From positions 1,148,641-1,212,640 of the forward strand of contig OZ242183.1 of assembly GCA_965205925.1 (NCBI GenBank): a DNA stretch of 64,000 nucleotides, in the 5' to 3' direction. Position numbers and translations under genes: made by a program. The notes under the pieces were generated by a model. The model was given only the letters and a program-made list of their open reading frames with translations. It made no database searches and was not told where the DNA came from. This DNA comes from Candidatus Poriferisodalaceae bacterium (lineage in GTDB: Bacteria > Actinomycetota > Acidimicrobiia > Acidimicrobiales > Poriferisodalaceae). Below, piece by piece: positions 62,861 to 64,000 of the stretch; positions within the stretch are counted from its first letter, which is position 1; each line of letters opens with the position of its first letter.

Positions 62861-64000
62861 CTCCCGCACCATCTACGTAAGTGGTCGGTCGCTTCACTTA
62901 ACTCAAAACTACGTTTCATCGGCGGCACCGATTTCAGCAGTTGCTGTTTAGTCGCCTTGGTCCATTTAGTTACTAACCGTGAGTCCATCACCGCCACAAC
63001 TCCGTGATCATTTGCTGTGCGAATCAGTCGGCCTACACCCTGCGCGAACAAGATCGCAGCGCTCGCAACCTGAACGGTTGAAAAAGCATTTTGCCCAGCA
63101 GCTTTTGCGGCATCAAAGCGAGCGGAGACAACTGGGTCATTGGGTGGAGCGAAGGGCATTTTGTCAATCGTTACCAACGAAAGCGCTGGACCGGGAATAT
63201 CTATTCCTTGCCAGAAACTTTTTGTGGCACAGATAACGGTCGCAGGATCTTCCATGAGAGCGTCAAGCAGTTGCACCTTTGTGTACTCGTCACCTTGCTG
63301 CAAGACCCTGATCGAATCACTCAACTGAGCACGCAAAGCAGGCACTGTTTCCCGCAGTGCCTTCCAGCTAGCGAACAAGGACAACGTCCGGCCACCTGCG
63401 GCATTGATCAAATCAAGCATTACCGCTACAGCTGCCTCGCGAAAGCCGTCGTCGTTTGGGTCCGGCAGGTGATTTGCGCAATACAGCAAAGCGTTTTCTT
63501 TGTAATCAAACGGGCTAGCCACCTGGAGATACTCGTGCCTTGGCAGATCAGGGTCAGATGAGTCAGGGTCAGGCATGCCGAGCTTGTGAGTGAGGTACAA
63601 GGGGAGGGTGGCGCTAGTCAAAAATGCCGTTCGGTTAGCCCACAACTTCTCTCTTAATAGCGTCCTCACCGCTAGTGGGGACACGCGCAAAATTAGAGAA
63701 TCAGCTTTTCCATCGGACTGATGTTGCGCATCGACGTAGACAATGGACCCGTCGTCCGCACCAGCGAAATGGCGAACATCCGCTAGCAGTGCGTTCATCT
63801 CGTTGGTGAGCATCGATTTGGGAATTTCATCGAGCAAGCTTCTGTCTGCTTGTTCAGGGGGTCGGGTTGAATCGCCGTGGTGTCCATCGTTTAGAGAGGA
63901 GATCAATTTCTCTAGTAGGCCGTCAATTCGCAGCAAGACCTCAGCGACATCTTTCGCCGCATTGTTCGCCAAAGGCTTCAGCGATATCCGTTTTCCAACG
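62857..64000 (-). CDS. DinG/Rad3-like ATP-dependent DNA helicase, C-terminal part (continues beyond the window end)
   Basis: Helicase C-terminal motifs: TSATL, FWQGIDIPG, and QGVGRLIRTANDHGVVAVMDSR. The reading frame stays open to position 64000. Confidence 0.7.
   Translation of the reverse strand, partial: VGKRISLKPLANNAAKDVAEVLLRIDGLLEKLISSLNDGHHGDSTRPPEQADRSLLDEIPKSMLTNEMNALLADVRHFAGADDGSIVYVDAQHQSDGKADSLILRVSPLAVRTLLREKLWANRTAFLTSATLPLYLTHKLGMPDPDSSDPDLPRHEYLQVASPFDYKENALLYCANHLPDPNDDGFREAAVAVMLDLINAAGGRTLSLFASWKALRETVPALRAQLSDSIRVLQQGDEYTKVQLLDALMEDPATVICATKSFWQGIDIPGPALSLVTIDKMPFAPPNDPVVSARFDAAKAAGQNAFSTVQVASAAILFAQGVGRLIRTANDHGVVAVMDSRLVTKWTKATKQQLLKSVPPMKRSFELSEATDHLRRWCGS

Overview
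This is a densely coding window with about 62 protein genes, one tRNA, no rRNA, no CRISPR array and no transposase or integrase. It looks like an Actinomycetota chromosome. Supporting markers are a DUF3039 protein, an Ssd/TadZ-type tad locus, an F420-type LLM oxidoreductase, an MMPL transporter and a ferrochelatase with a Cys-rich [2Fe-2S]-type tail. The conserved blocks comEA-comEC-holA-rpsT-lepA-hrcA-dnaJ-hemW and phoH-ybeY-CBS-era are also present.

Layout:
- 1-14.6 kb: housekeeping and catabolic genes (aceE 5' part, rnhA, five alpha/beta-fold hydrolases, nitroreductase, SDR, crotonase, aminotransferase, APH-type kinase, ung).
- 14.6-21.0 kb: a type I restriction-modification operon (hsdM-hsdS-hsdR) lying directly against the 3' end of tRNA-Ala(GGC).
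- 21-34 kb: redox genes, then the competence, replication and chaperone block.
- 34-42.8 kb: a complete Flp/Tad pilus operon that ends in a membrane pseudokinase.
- 42.8-64 kb: CPBP protease, MMPL, cysS, tesB, nudC, lexA, class II RNR nrdJ, an MFS-ferrochelatase fusion, an S9 peptidase, phoH-ybeY-corC-era and a partial dinG-like helicase.

The strongest candidate for something new is the R-M locus. hsdS encodes three TRD+coiled-coil modules rather than two. hsdM and hsdS are interrupted at three G9 homopolymer tracts plus one G4 run, and each site is exactly one base short of the open frame. This is either a multi-switch phase-variable (contingency) R-M system or a systematic homopolymer undercall. 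I cannot tell these apart from a single consensus sequence.

Other items worth follow-up:
- the MFS-ferrochelatase fusion;
- a LexA whose catalytic Lys position reads Arg;
- the tad-linked pseudokinase;
- several in-frame 9-15 nt tandem repeats inside housekeeping genes.

All calls come from reading the ORF translations and the DNA by eye. No database search or statistics were run.
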